Assembly (NCBI RefSeq): GCF_009914755.1
Contig: NC_060931.1
Source of the DNA: the human T2T-CHM13v2.0 reference genome, Homo sapiens
Length of the DNA stretch: 64,000 nucleotides
Strand: one strand, 5' to 3'
Shown here piece by piece: positions 1-42,832 of this stretch; positions within the stretch are counted from its first letter, which is position 1, and each line of letters starts with the position of its first letter. The notes beneath the pieces were generated by a model. That model ran no database searches and was not told the DNA's origin. It saw only the letters and a list, made by a program, of their open reading frames with translations. Both the position numbers and the translations under genes were made by a program.

Positions 1-3000
1 AGTGAACTAAGAAAACTCTGAAGGTAGAGGGCAAGATGGAAAACTTCTAGAATGTAGCCTCTTATAAAAAAGGATCTGCTATAATAAGAAAGAGTGTGTT
101 ATTTTATATATCTTTTTTTAAGAGTGTGTTTTTATATAGGTGAGCTGAGGTATATATCTCATTACATTTATGTGAATATTCTCTATGAGAGCATGTTCTA
201 AACATTTTTCAGGATTTTCCCATATAGACTAAAATCAGAGAACTTTGCTGCTGTTTATGTGCATGAAACTTTAATTTGTTTTATAAATTTCTTGTGAGAA
301 TAGGAATAGCCTCCTTACTGACATAAGGTCTCCAAGCCTCAATCAATTCATAAGAATGTTTCAGAGCCTACTCTATGCCTGGCCCTGTAGTAAGTCTGTA
401 GATATTTCTGTTTAAATCATATCGTCTTTAATTTAATGAATGGAAAGTTATTGGAAGATGTAATGCACTGAAAAGGAAGTAATATCAGGTACGTGGTGTT
501 CTTGTCCAAAACACATAACCTGAATCTACATCATACAACTCCAAAATGGGGGGCACTCTATTAAAAACTAGCCTATGTTCTTCAAAAATATTAATGTCAT
601 GAAAGACAAAGTTAGGAATGTTCCAGATTAAAGAAGACGAAAGAGACATGACAACAATATATAAAGCATGATCCTCGATTGGATCCCGAATTAGAGGGGG
701 AATATAGGGCTGTAAAGGATGTTATTGGGATAATTGGCAAAATTTGGGGATTAGATAGTAGTATTGTATTGATGTATTGATGTTACATTTCATGTTTTGT
801 ATTGATGTTAAATTTCATGATTTTGATAACTGCACTGTACTTACATTAAGAGAATGCCATTGATCTCTGGAAATAGCAGCTGAAGAAAATAAGAGTAAAG
901 GAGTATGATGTCTGCAACTTATAGTTCATTATAAAACTAGTAAGTATATATGCTTACTACACACACATATGTAAATTAGATATCGTGCAAATGTGGCAAA
1001 ATTTTAACATTGGTAAATCTGGGTAAAGGATACATGATAGTTCTTGTACTATTCTTTTTTTTTTTTTTTTCGAGACGGAGTTTCACTCTGTCACCCAGGC
1101 TGGAGGGCAGCAGTGAACCTCAGCCTCCCGGGCTCAAGCAATTCTCCTACCTCAGCCTCTTGAGTAGCTGGGATTACAGGCACCCACCACCATGCCAACT
1201 AATTTTTGTATTTTTAGTAGAGACAGAGTTTTACCATGTTGGTCAGGCTGGTCTCAAACTACTGACCTCGTGATCCTCCTGCCTCAACCTCCCAAAGTGC
1301 TGGGATTACAGGCATAAGCCACCACTCCCGGCCCTCTTGTACTATTTTTGTAACTCTTCTGTATGTTTGAAATTATTTCAAAATAAAATTAAATTTTATA
1401 AAATTGTTGGTACATACACTAAACTTGTCCTGAAATTAGTTGCCTTGTGAGATTTTACTCTTGGCTAACACTTAAACATTATCTTGAGCAAGGCACTGAT
1501 GACTAGGTTGAGATCAAAAAGTTTTACAACCAAGTTTTGCAAGATTTATTTCTACTTTGAAAAGAAAGCTGGAGACGGACAGTCGGGTGTGGGGAGTGGT
1601 CATTAAATCAATTATGTGTAATGGGAACTCGGCCTCTACATTTCCACTTCTTTATTGCCACTCCTGGGAAATCGGTCAGAGAAAAAAATACGAGATGCAC
1701 ATGCAAACATCTTCCCTGTGATACTCACTTTCCATAAAAATCAGGCACAACCCTGTACCCTTGCCCACTGGAGTTTGTCACCCTCAGGGCTGGCAGGCCT
1801 CAGCACTCTCCTGGGCCAGGGCTCCCACGCCGTTTCCCACTGAGAGAGGCCCAAGCTGTGGCTCCTCCAGAAGCCTTTTGTGTCCCTCCAGAACTATGCC
1901 GTCCAATACAGTAGCCACTGGCACATGTGGCTGCGAGCTCCTGCGATGAGCTGGTCTGAACTGACATGTGCTGTCAGTGCAAAACCCACACTGGGTTTCA
2001 AAGACTTTGCACAAAAAAAAAAAATAAAAGATCTCAATAATTTCATATAGTGATTACATATTGAAATTACGATGTTTTAAATATATTGAATTGAATAAAG
2101 TACATTATTTAAATAATTTCAACTGCTGCTTTTTACTTTTTGTTTAATGTGGCTACCAGGAAATTTCATATCATTCACGTTTCACTTCCACTACAAAATA
2201 GTAAAAAAAAAAAAAAAATCATATACGTGGTTCACATTATGTTTGTATTAAGCAGACCTACCCAGATGCAGATGAAACTGCACAGCCCCTTTCTCACGCC
2301 CTGGCTGCACGCTCTGTCATGCTCTGAGAGCATCTCCCCCTGCTTCTCCAGCTGGCTGCTGCCTCTTACAGCACTACAGGCTCCACAAAGCCAGGAGCCT
2401 TGTTCTCCTTGGTCCCTCAGTTTCCAGCATTGTGCCTGCCATAGCTGATCAAGGGTGTTGCTTAGCCAATTTAACTCCTCATTTAAGAACTAGGCCGGGC
2501 ATGGTGGCTCACAGCTGTAATCCCAGGGCTTTGGGAGGCTGAGGCAGGAAGATTGCTTGAGGCTAGGAGTTTGAGACCAGCTTAGGCAAGATAGTGAGGC
2601 CTCGTCTCTATAAAAAAAAGAAAAAATTAGCAAGGCATGTTGGCCTACACCTGTAGTCCCAGCCGCTTGGGAGACTTGAGCCCAGGAGCTGGAGGCTGCA
2701 GTGAGCCATGATCGTGCCACTGCACTCCAACCTGGGCAACAGAGCGAGACCTTGTCTCTAAAGCAAAAACGAAATAAACCATATATGTATATATGATTTT
2801 ATAGTAACTAAGTCAAGTTATACTTCTTCCATAAAGACCTCTCTGTATCCTCCATCTCTCTGCACTCCTGTAGTTCTGTCTTTATGACTTAGTTTGACTG
2901 CCACATGATGTTTAGGATTCATTTTTAAATACTCCAGTAGATAATGTTACTGCAGAAGGTGGACAAAACAAGCTTGGCCATATATTGATGATCACTGAAG

Positions 3001-4595
3001 TAGGTGAGGAGTACATGGAAGTTCCTTATGTTAGTCTATTTTTGTGTATGTTTGGAAATTCCTATAATAAAAAATGTAAATAATGTCTCATACTATGCCT
3101 ACTTTGAGGGTTAATGTCTCATCTTCACAATGAGTGCCTATGCTCCTAAGATTGTTGTTCATGACTTGTAGATGATGGCTACTGTAGAACAGAGGACCTA
3201 CATCGGTACTTGCTGAATTAAACTCTATCTTAGGTGCCAAAAATTCCATTGAGAAAAGCTGGATTTAGGTGTAAGAATAAGGATACAAGGTGCTATTCTA
3301 GCTTTTGTTTCCTGGCCTTTATCCTACGGTCAACCCCCTTTTTGATTTCTGCTCTAGCTTCTTCTCTCATGGGCTTATGATTAATCTTCAGTGAATGCCT
3401 GCAGTGCCCCTGCTCCAGTGTTCTGCGGCATTTCTGGATAGCCCATAGTTATCATAAAACTAAGAACCATCTGGGTGTGGTGGCGCATGCATCTAATGCC
3501 AGCTATAAGGGAGGCTGTAGCAGAGGATCGCTTGAGCCCAGGACTCCCAGGAGTTCAAGGCCAGGCTGGGCAGGGTAGCAACATCCCATCTCTAAGTTAA
3601 TTAATTAACTGGAAGCCAAGTTTGCATTCAGATTTCTATGTTGGTCCCTCCCTTTTTTCTTACTCCATAGATCCCATTCTGCTTCTCTCACTATGTCTCC
3701 CTGTTCTATGGGTACTAAAGGTAGAAAAGAAAAGAGTACATTTGCCATTGCTTTCACATCTGCACAATAAGTGTTCATGTCTTACTTTCCTTCTATACTG
3801 TAATTCAGAGAAAGTGGTCTAAAAACAATACTAGGATGAAATATTGTGATCATCCACATTTTTCTTTTTCTTTCTTTCTTTTTTTTTTTTTTTTTGATAT
3901 GGAGTCTCGCTTTGTTTCCCAGGCTGGAGTTCAGTGGCTCAATCTCGGCTCACTGCAACCTCTGCCTCCCAGCTTCAAGCACTCCTGCCTCAGCCTCCCA
4001 AGTATCTGGGATTACAGGTGCCTGCCACCACACCCAGCTAATTTTTGTATTTTTAATAGAAATGGAGTTTCACCATGTTGGCCAGGCTGGTCTCAAGCTC
4101 CTGAACTCAGATCTGCCCACCTTGGCCTTCCAAAGTGCTGGGATTACAAGCGTGAGCCACTGCGCCCGGCCATCATCCACATTTTTCTATACGTACTGCT
4201 CTTTGCCATTTCAAATGGAGCCACTAATTCCATGAGAAGAGTCCTTTTTTAAAAAAAATGTTTGTAGCCAGCACTCCAAGAAGAAAACCCCTTTGCCTGC
4301 ATCCAGTATCAAATTCCTCCAGGTGAAAAAACAGGCTAAAAACACAGTAGCCATTGTCATTGCAAAGGTGACTGAAAAGGATGCACTAACCTTTGTGATG
4401 TTTTTTGTTTTTTTTTTTTGAGACAGAGTCTCACTTTGTCACCCAGGCTGGAGTGCAGTGGCTCTATTGCAGCTTACTGCAGCCATGACCTCTGGGCTCC
4501 ATTGATTCTCCCACCTCAGCCTCCCGAGTAGCTGGGACTATAGGCATCCACTACTATGCCTGGCTAATTTTCTTTCTTTTTTTTTTTTTTTGTAG

Positions 4596-4775
<180 letters not shown>

Positions 4776-4860
4776 TGAAAGCTTAGTAAACCTGGAAACA
4801 AGGGATTTTGATTACCCATTCATGTAGAGAATACCCAGACAGGAGAGTCCGAAGAACTAT

Positions 4861-4970
4861 ACACAAAGCAGAAGTCTCTGAGTCATTGGCTAATGCTTAA
4901 ATCTGAAATCCATGACTCTGATTATGACATGTAAAAACGCCCACATTGGGACAGGGCAGTCACATGAGCT
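4861..4970. promoter_or_regulatory. candidate distal enhancer: ACAAAG (4863-4868), AP-1 TGAGTCA (4879-4885), GTCACATGA M-box/CLEAR-like (4959-4967)
   Basis: motif cluster in unique sequence between Alus; function inferred only. Confidence 0.4.
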
Positions 4971-5293
4971 GTCTCTCTTTTTGAACTGATTCCTCTACCT
5001 GTAGTTTGTTCTTGCCTTTCTGTTCTGCCAAATATCAAAGCTTTGTTTCAACAAGTCTGTAACCTGTGAGAGGTACTTTCCATCACTGCTTCCATCACAT
5101 GCTTTCTTTAAAAATAGAATTTGTTGAGCTGGTGCAATGGTGTGCACCTGAAATCCCAGCGACTTGAGAGGCTGAAGAGGGGGAATTGCTTGAGCCCAGG
5201 AGTTCGAGTCCAGCCTGGGCAACATAGTGAGACCTCATCTCTAAAAATAAAAATTAAAAAAAATTGTTTTTACCATGTCGTCTGCTGTATAAC

Positions 5294-5705
5294 TGTGCTA
5301 GACAGAATAATGGTCCCCGAAGACTTCCACATCCTAACCCCCAGGACCTGTAAATGTGTTATATGGCAAGGAGCAGATGAAGGTTGCTAATCCGCTGGAC
5401 TTAAGGCAAGGAGATGATTTCAGATTATCTAGGTGGGCTCAGTATAATCACAAGGGTCCTTGTGAGTGGGAGAGGGAGACGTGGGAATCAGTGCCAGAGG
5501 GCTGCCAGAGACAGAGGGGCCAATGAGACAGGAAATGTGGGCAGCCCCTAGAAGCTGGAAAGGCAAGGAAATCAATTCTGCCCTAGAGCCGCCCTGCCAA
5601 CACTGTGATGTTAGTTCAGTGAGGCCATTTCACACTTCGGCTTCCAGAAATGTAAGATCATAAATTTGTGTTGTTTTCAGACTCCAAGTTTCTGACCATG
5701 TGTTG
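5294..5705 (+). mobile_element. MaLR LTR (MLT1-like)
   Basis: tgtgctagacagaataatggtcccc... start; cttccagaaatgtaaga..ataaatttgtgttgtttt 3' motif. Confidence 0.7.
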
Positions 5706-6109
5706 GGAGAAAAGGATCTTAACTAATTTTTATGATCTTGCTTACAAACACCAGTTTAAATTGAGCAATTCCTAAAATTAAAGATGTTAATTCCTTTTTT
5801 TCTTTCCCTGAAAAACTAAGGAAAAACATTTTGGTAGGAGAGTAATTTCAAAGCTTAGTAAATCTGGAGACAGTTCAAATACCAGTTTAAACTGAGCAGT
5901 TCCTAAAATTAAAGATGTGAATTCCTTGGCAGCCTGCCGGGATTCCTGGGTGTGCCTGCTGCCTGCCATTTCGAAGGTCTCCTTTGGGGTGGCTGCCTCA
6001 GTCCTCACAGCTCAAGCATCGCTCCTCAAGTCGGGACTGTGGCCACCAGGAGGAGTGTCAGAAGCCAAGAGAAGGCAATTTGGGGCATTTCTCAAAAGTT
6101 GACTATTCT

Positions 6110-6389
6110 GGTCGGGCGCGGTGGCTCACGCCTGTAATCCCAGCACTTTGGGAGGCCGAGACGGGCGGATCACGAGGTCAGGAGATCGAGACCATTCTGG
6201 CTAACACGGTGAAACCCCGTCGCTACTAAAAATACAAAAAATTAGCCGGGCGAGGTGGTGGTCGCCTGTAGCCCCAGCTACGCGGGAGGCTGAGGCAGGA
6301 GAATGGCGTGAACCCTGGGGGGCGGAGCCTGCAGTGAGCCGAGATCGCGCCACTGCACTCCAGCCTGGGCGACAGCGAGACTCCGCCTC

Positions 6390-6413
<24 letters not shown>
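6110..6413 (+). mobile_element. young full-length AluY (Ye-lineage-like) with perfect 16-bp TSD
   Basis: TSD AAAAGTTGACTATTCT at 6094-6109 and 6414-6429; intact CpGs; pure poly(A) tail. Confidence 0.92.
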
Positions 6414-6420
<7 letters not shown>

Positions 6421-6603
6421 GACTATTCTTTGCTTTCCTCCACATCATTTCCGAACAGAGTAATTGTATCTGTAATTCCAGATAATTGAGATGTTTCCCT
6501 TTTCATTTCTCAATTGCCTTAAGGCGAGTTGATTAGCAACCTTCATCCCCCCAGCCATATAATATATTTACCAGACCTGGCAATTAGGATCTGAACGGAA
6601 CAA

Positions 6604-6648
6604 TTTTTCTTTCTTTTCTTTTTTCTTTTCTTTTCTTTTCTTGTCTTT

Positions 6649-6695
<47 letters not shown>

Positions 6696-6772
6696 CTTTC
6701 TTTCTTTCCTTTCTTTCTCTTTCTTTCCTTCCTTCTTTCTTTCTTTTCTTTCTTTTTCTTTCTTTCTTTCTT
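6604..6772. repeat. (TTTC)n / pyrimidine microsatellite, probably the expanded tail of an antisense Alu monomer (about 6773-6890)
   Basis: tctttctttctttc run. Confidence 0.9.
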
Positions 6773-8673
6773 AAGAGATGAAGTCTCACTACATTGCCCA
6801 GGCTGGACTCAAACTCCTGGGCTTAAGCAATCTTCCCGCTTCAGCCTCTGAAGTCACTGGGACTTCAGGTACACATCAGTACACCAGCTCAAAAAATTAT
6901 TTCAACAAAATATTTCAAACTTTCTTTACAGTATAATTTTATCTTTCCAAAACAAACAAACAGGCTTGAGAATATTCTTTACCCAAAATGGCCCTGTCTC
7001 TGAGTCCTACATAGAGTTAACTACTTTATATATTATCAACCATTGATTATCAAGAAACAGATTATCCAACTTGTAGTTCTTTGGAATGAAGATCTTTCTC
7101 TTGTTCTCTTATTCACCTCTGTCCAGCTGCCTACATTTTGACTCTTGTCCTATCAGTGCCTCTTCTCTTTGATGGTGCAGGGAAGGAAAAAAGACATAAA
7201 AGTTGATTTGATCATTGTGTCTCCCTAAACAAAACGAAGGTTTTGTTACAGAAGAATTTAACACTTCCAATTTATTTAGAGACGGGGTGGCTAATCTGGC
7301 TAGAAATATGAGCCAGAACTGTGTCTGCAACAAAGGACAAAAATATCTTTAAAAATGTTAATAGTAGCTTTTCCTTAAATTGAAAAGGTGTTTTTTTTTA
7401 ATTGTAAAAGTTATGTGTTTGTCATAAAAAGCAAATAGTGCTGTAGGCAGCTGAGGTGGGAAGATCACTTGAGGCCAGGAGTTCAAGACCAGCCTGGGCA
7501 GCATAGTGAGATTTTTGTCTCTACAAAAAATAAAAAGCAAATAAAAAATTAGCCGAGTGTGGTGGTGTGTGCCTGTAGTCCTACCTACTTGGAAGGCTGA
7601 GGTGGGAGGATCACTTGAGCCTAGGAGTTCAAGGCTGCAATGAGCTATAATCATGCCACTGCACTCCGGCCTGGGCAACAGAGTGAGAGCCTGTCTCTAA
7701 AAAAAAAAAAAAAAAAAGTTTTTAAGTAATTTAAAAAGCAAATAACTATATACATTATTCGCTTTACATTACATGAAACTAATAAGTATTTCCATTATTC
7801 CTTTATTCATCAATATTTGAAAATTGTTTCAGTCATGAATAATGTGTTCCTTTCGTTGTTTTCCCCTTCATATTTGCTGCAAAGGCTGTAAAAGGCACTC
7901 TACAGAGTTGTTTGCCGCCTTAGGGATGGAAGTCAGCCACTCCTGCTGTATGGATTTTAGTTTCATAGGCTATTTCCATTCCTCCTTGACACACTGAACC
8001 ATAAATCAATACCCCAAGTTTTACCCTCACCTGCAACCAAGGTTTCTACTGCACTGAAAATGGCCATGTGAATGTGAGTTTGAGAAAGGTCACATATGGT
8101 AAAGTTTTCATGTTGCCACATTTTCTGCATACTCTGTAACCAGGAATGATTTGACTGTATAAATTTATCTTACAGACACACTTGTTTGTACATTTAATGC
8201 CTGCTTTCTATAATATGAAAAAATACACAGAACGTTTTATGCAATTGGCTCTGAGTAATGCAACACATAAATGCTTTGAGAGCAGTTACCAAAAATTATG
8301 CAGGTTATTACAAAAGTTATATGGAATTGCACAGATATTCTAAATGTGCTTTTGAGTAAATTTCTCAGCTACCAGAGGCCTGGGCAGCTGTTTCCAGCAC
8401 ATCCTGGCACAACATTCATGTTATCATCCACTTATGTATTCCACAATTTCAAATGATTGATAAGACACCTCCCCCATCTTTGCTTCCTCTTGGAGGAAAA
8501 AAATATACAAGCAATCACGAGCACAGGAGCAGGTGGACAACTACATCTTAGGAAAGGGTGCGTAACTGTGAACTCTAAACGTGAGCTGGGTGCCTGATGC
8601 AGTATAGGAACCACAGTAAGTCGATAATCAGTGAGGCTGGAGGATTGAAATTTTATTTGGTAAAGAATATTGA

Positions 8674-9210
<537 letters not shown>

Positions 9211-9295
9211 CCAGAAGAACACTGTTGCTCTTGGTGGACGGGCCCAGAGGAATTCAGAGTTAAACCTTGAGTGCCTGCGTCCGTGAGAATTCAGC

Positions 9296-36662
<27,367 letters not shown>

Positions 36663-37550
36663 ATTTCGACCTTGTTTCTGAAGCTCACTTTTCAGTGCCA
36701 TTGATGTGAGATGTGCTGGAGTGGCTATTAACCTTTTTTTCCTAAAGATTATTGTTAAATAGATATTGTGGTTTGGGGAAGTTGAATTTTTTATAGGTTA
36801 AATGTCATTTTAGAGATGGGGAGAGGGATTATACTGCAGGCAGCTTCAGCCATGTTGTGAAACTGATAAAAGCAACTTAGCAAGGCTTCTTTTCATTATT
36901 TTTTATGTTTCACTTATAAAGTCTTAGGTAACTAGTAGGATAGAAACACTGTGTCCCGAGAGTAAGGAGAGAAGCTACTATTGATTAGAGCCTAACCCAG
37001 GTTAACTGCAAGAAGAGGCGGGATACTTTCAGCTTTCCATGTAACTGTATGCATAAAGCCAATGTAGTCCAGTTTCTAAGATCATGTTCCAAGCTAACTG
37101 AATCCCACTTCAATACACACTCATGAACTCCTGATGGAACAATAACAGGCCCAAGCCTGTGGTATGATGTGCACACTTGCTAGACTCAGAAAAAATACTA
37201 CTCTCATAAATGGGTGGGAGTATTTTGGTGACAACCTACTTTGCTTGGCTGAGTGAAGGAATGATATTCATATATTCATTTATTCCATGGACATTTAGTT
37301 AGTGCTTTTTATATACCAGGCATGATGCTGAGTGACACTCTTGTGTATATTTCCAAATTTTTGTACAGTCGCTGCACATATTTGAAATCATATATTAAGA
37401 CTTTCCAAAGATGAGGTCCCTGGTTTTTCATGGCAACTTGATCAGTAAGGATTTCACCTCTGTTTGTAACTAAAACCATCTACTATATGTTAGACATGAC
37501 ATTCTTTTTCTCTCCTTCCTGAAAAATAAAGTGTGGGAAGAGACAAGACC
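36663..37550 (+). other. GPNMB: GPNMB 3' UTR (3' end approximate)
   Basis: repeat-free AT-rich sequence from the stop codon to AATAAA at 37525. Confidence 0.85.
37525..37530 (+). terminator. GPNMB polyadenylation signal AATAAA
   Basis: canonical hexamer followed about 20-40 nt later by GU/U-rich sequence (ttggtattgtaattatttttt). Confidence 0.85.
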
Positions 37551-37626
37551 TTGGTATTGTAATTATTTTTCTGATTCATCATTTGCTTTTCAATTTCACT
37601 TACAGTTGTTTCTTTTTTTTAGATGA

Positions 37627-37749
<123 letters not shown>

Positions 37750-37824
37750 TAGTTTTTGACAAGTAAAAAGTTGTTTAACAATGTCTCATAGAGCATTGAT
37801 AATCTCATAAATATTTTTTACCTA

Positions 37825-37829
<5 letters not shown>

Positions 37830-37883
<54 letters not shown>
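37830..37883. repeat. perfect (AT)27 microsatellite
   Basis: 54-nt uninterrupted alternating A/T. Confidence 0.95.
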
Positions 37884-37886
<3 letters not shown>

Positions 37887-38379
37887 TGAGCACAGTGGCT
37901 CACACCTATAATCCCAGCACTTTGGGAGGCTGAGGCAGGCAGACTGCTTAAGCTCAGCAGTTTGAGACCAGCCTGGGCAACATGATGAAACCCCGTCTCT
38001 ACAAAAAATACAAAAATTAGCCAGGCCTGATGGTACATGCCTGTAGTCCCAGCTACTCAGGAGGCTGGGGTGGGAGGATCACTTCAGCCCTGGAGGTCAA
38101 GGCTGCAGTGAGCCGAGATGGTGCCACTGCACTCCAGCCTAGGAAACAGAGCCAGATTCTGTCTCAAAAAAAAAAAAAGATATATATATATATATCTTTC
38201 AAATATCTGTATATACACACAATCACATCATATGTGAAACTTCAAATAAAAGTTTAATGTGTAAATGTATATAATCAGATCAATCTAAAAGAAGAGATTT
38301 TCTATAAGCGATTGTCCTGGACTCTTTGAGTAATCAGTATCATATTAAAAATAAAGGCAGGGGGTGGAATTCTAGGTCA

Positions 38380-38595
38380 CAGTTTAGTAAACTTTTTCCA
38401 TAAAGGGCTGGGTACTAAATCTCTTAGGCTTTATGGGCCACACAGTCTCGATCGCAACTGCTCAACTCTCTCATTGTAGCGTGAAAACAACCATAGACAT
38501 TACATAAATAAAAGAGCCTGGCTGTGTTCCAGCAAAAATGTATTTACAAAAACAGGTGGTAGGCCAGATTTGGCCCATGGGACATAGTTTGCCTG
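38380..38595. mobile_element. MER58A-like hAT element
   Basis: aaactttttccataaagggc...caggtggtaggccagatttggcccatgg. Confidence 0.7.
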
Positions 38596-38936
38596 TTTTA
38601 CACTAATGGAGACAAAATGGACACAGCAACCAAACGCAATTTGAGAATCTACATTGGATCCTAGCTTGAGGAAAAAACAGTGATGAAAGATATTCGTGGG
38701 ACAACTGGGGAAACTTGAGTACACACTGGATACCAGATGATATTATAGAATTGTTAATTTTCTTAAGGAATGGTAAAGGTATTGTGGGGATTAACATTTA
38801 GTCTAGGTTCTTCATTTCCTGGATGACCTAGAGGCCAAAAAAAATACAGCTATTTGTTCTAAAATCGCTTCCAAAGAGTGTAAAATTTGCAGAACAAGAA
38901 TTGAGATTTCTCCCCATTTACGTGATGACTGTAGGG

Positions 38937-39628
<692 letters not shown>

Positions 39629-40619
39629 CTACTTCACAGGGCTGCGGCACATGCATCTGCCCGAATGAGTGGGCATGGAAGCACCCTGTTTATGGCATGG
39701 TGGTATGTACTCCATGTGAGGCCTGAGGACGGAAGCAGTGTGGAGAGGCTGTATCATCTTTATAATGACTAGGAGGCCAAGACATTAGTACCTAAAGCAA
39801 AAAAGTAATTTCAAATTGCAGCAGAATCACCTGAAGTTTGGTTAAAACACATATTGCTGGGCCCACCCCCAGAGCTTCGAATTCACTGTTCTGGGGTGAG
39901 GCCCCTTAAGGCTTTCTAACAAGTTTCCAGATAATCCTGCTACTGCTGGGTGGAAGGAACTAACGTTGAGAAATTTGGTCTTGAAATCCGCTCTTTCCTT
40001 CCCTTATCAACAGGGGGTAGCAGAGAGCAGCAAATAGACAGTCATTCTTTGAGGAAGCAGGTCAAAATCCTCATCAAACCTCCCTCAGTTTCAATCTAAC
40101 AAGTGGCAGGAGAGAGGGCTGAAATAGTGAATTATTTAAATTTATATTATCCCTATGACCCCAGCAACAAGTCATTTAACTTGTGCTGAATCACAATTTG
40201 TGAAACGGGGGAAGCAACCTAAAAGATAGTGAGATAATTTGATTAATGTTTGTTGAGCGTTAGAACTTCCAAAGAAAATTGAAATGTATAGGTAATAAAT
40301 TATTCTGGGAATTTCTTATTCTTGGGACTTTTTCTAAATGTCTGCATTTTAAACACTTCTGACTCATTTATAAACATTGGTTGCCCTCATTGAATTTTCA
40401 ATTGTTTAATAGTTTAGAGGGCAATACGTTCAATGCACTCATTACATCCAGAATGTGTAGCAACTTCAAACCAGAGTGACAGTGTAAGGGCAGATGAGAA
40501 GGTGGTCATCCAGGGGTGATGGTGACCACATTCTGATGGGGCTTTTGGTGGGGGAAAATCCTTTAAGGTTTTTAAAAGAATGGTTCCAAAGCTGCCAGAA
40601 TAGTTACCTTAAAAAATCA

Positions 40620-40961
<342 letters not shown>

Positions 40962-41766
40962 TCAATTATTCAACTGTCATTTACTGGGCACCAGTATGTC
41001 CCAAGCTCTTGTCTAGGAGAGGACTCAATAGTGACAAGAGAGACAAGGACTCTGTTCTCATAGAGCTTGGATTCCAGACTAATGTAACATGTCACCGCAC
41101 AAGTGTCACTGCAGGAAGAGCGCTAAGCTCTGACCCGGAGTCCCCCATCTTGGTCAACCCCACTGGCCTCAGCTTAATCTGCAGGGACAGTTCCTCTGCT
41201 GCTTAGAACTGAACAGCCATTCCTATTGTCCTTGAAATTCTGGAATAAATTTTTTCTTTGGCGCTCTCCCATAGGCATTTTGGGATTTGGGTACCTTAAT
41301 GGTATATTAGTATTTAACCAATTTTCATTCTATGTATAATTTTCTCACAAATGTCATGTCATCTCACTAATCAAAATGTTTCTCCAGTTTACAATGTAAC
41401 TGCCATTATTAATTTCACTGCATGGGTTTGTTGTTTTGTTTTATTTTGGTTTTGAGACAGGGTCTCACTCTGTCACTCAGGCTGGAGTACAGCGGTGCGA
41501 TCTCAGCTCACTACGACTTCCGCCTCCTGGGCTCAAGCGATTCTCCCACCTCAGCACCCCAGAGTAGCTAGGACCACAGGTATGCACCACCACACCAGAC
41601 TAATTTTTGTATTTTTAGTAGAGATGGGATTTTGCCATGTTGGCCAGGCTGGTCTCAGACTCCTGAGCTTAAGTGATCCACATGCCTCAGCCTCCCAAAG
41701 TGCTGGGATTACAGGGAGGAGCCACCATGCCTGACCTATTGTATAGGTTTTAATGATGCAAATTAA

Positions 41767-42128
<362 letters not shown>

Positions 42129-42490
42129 TAAATTCCTTTAGAGCAAAAAAAGATTAGCCACTGATGAGAATGTGGCAGAAGGATTTTGTGGCTGTGGATA
42201 TGGCTTCAAAATTTGATTTTTGGAATTGAGTAGAGGAAGATAACTAGGACTTACATTGAGAGACCTGAGCTGCAGCAAGATGTCTTAGCTAGATGACCTG
42301 AAACCAGTCATTCTCCCTTTTCTCTACTGCAGCCTCCTTATCTGCAAATTGGAGGCAAGAAGGTGGCGAGGGAAATTAAACTGGGTGAACTCTAAAGTCT
42401 CTCCAGGTTCTCATGTTCTACTGTGCAATATGGGGAGGATAATATTACCCAGTTTCCTTATAGAGATGTCAGGAGGATTATATTCTAAAT

Positions 42491-42832
42491 CAGGGGTTGG
42501 CAAACTGCAGTTTACCGGCCAAAGCCAGCCCTCTGCCTATTTTTGTATGGCATACAAGCTAAATATAGTTTTCATATTTTTTAATGGTTTGGGGAAAAAA
42601 TCAAAAGAATGATACCATTTTGTGACACATAAAAATGACATAAAATTCAAATTTTGGTGTCCATAAATGAAGTTTTGTTGGAACACAGCCACATTCATTC
42701 ATTACATATTGTCTCAGCTCTGCTTCTGCATTGCAACAGCAGAGCTGAGTAGTGTGACAGAGACTGCATGGCCTGGGAGCCCTAAAAATATTTACTATCT
42801 GGCTCTTTACAGAATGAGTTTGCTCATCTGTG
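42491..42832. mobile_element. MER58-like hAT element
   Basis: CAGGGGTTGGCAAACT start; 8-bp TSD TTCTAAAT / TTCTAAAG. Confidence 0.75.

Noticed and set aside
6568-6789. Lys/Arg/Glu-rich ORF (a similar one at 54361-54723)
   Set aside because: Translation of (TTTC)n or purine-rich Alu tails.
36684-36710. CAGTGC loop motif in the GPNMB 3' UTR resembling an iron-responsive element
   Set aside because: The flanks CTTTT and CATTG cannot form the 5-bp upper stem, and the bulged C is missing.
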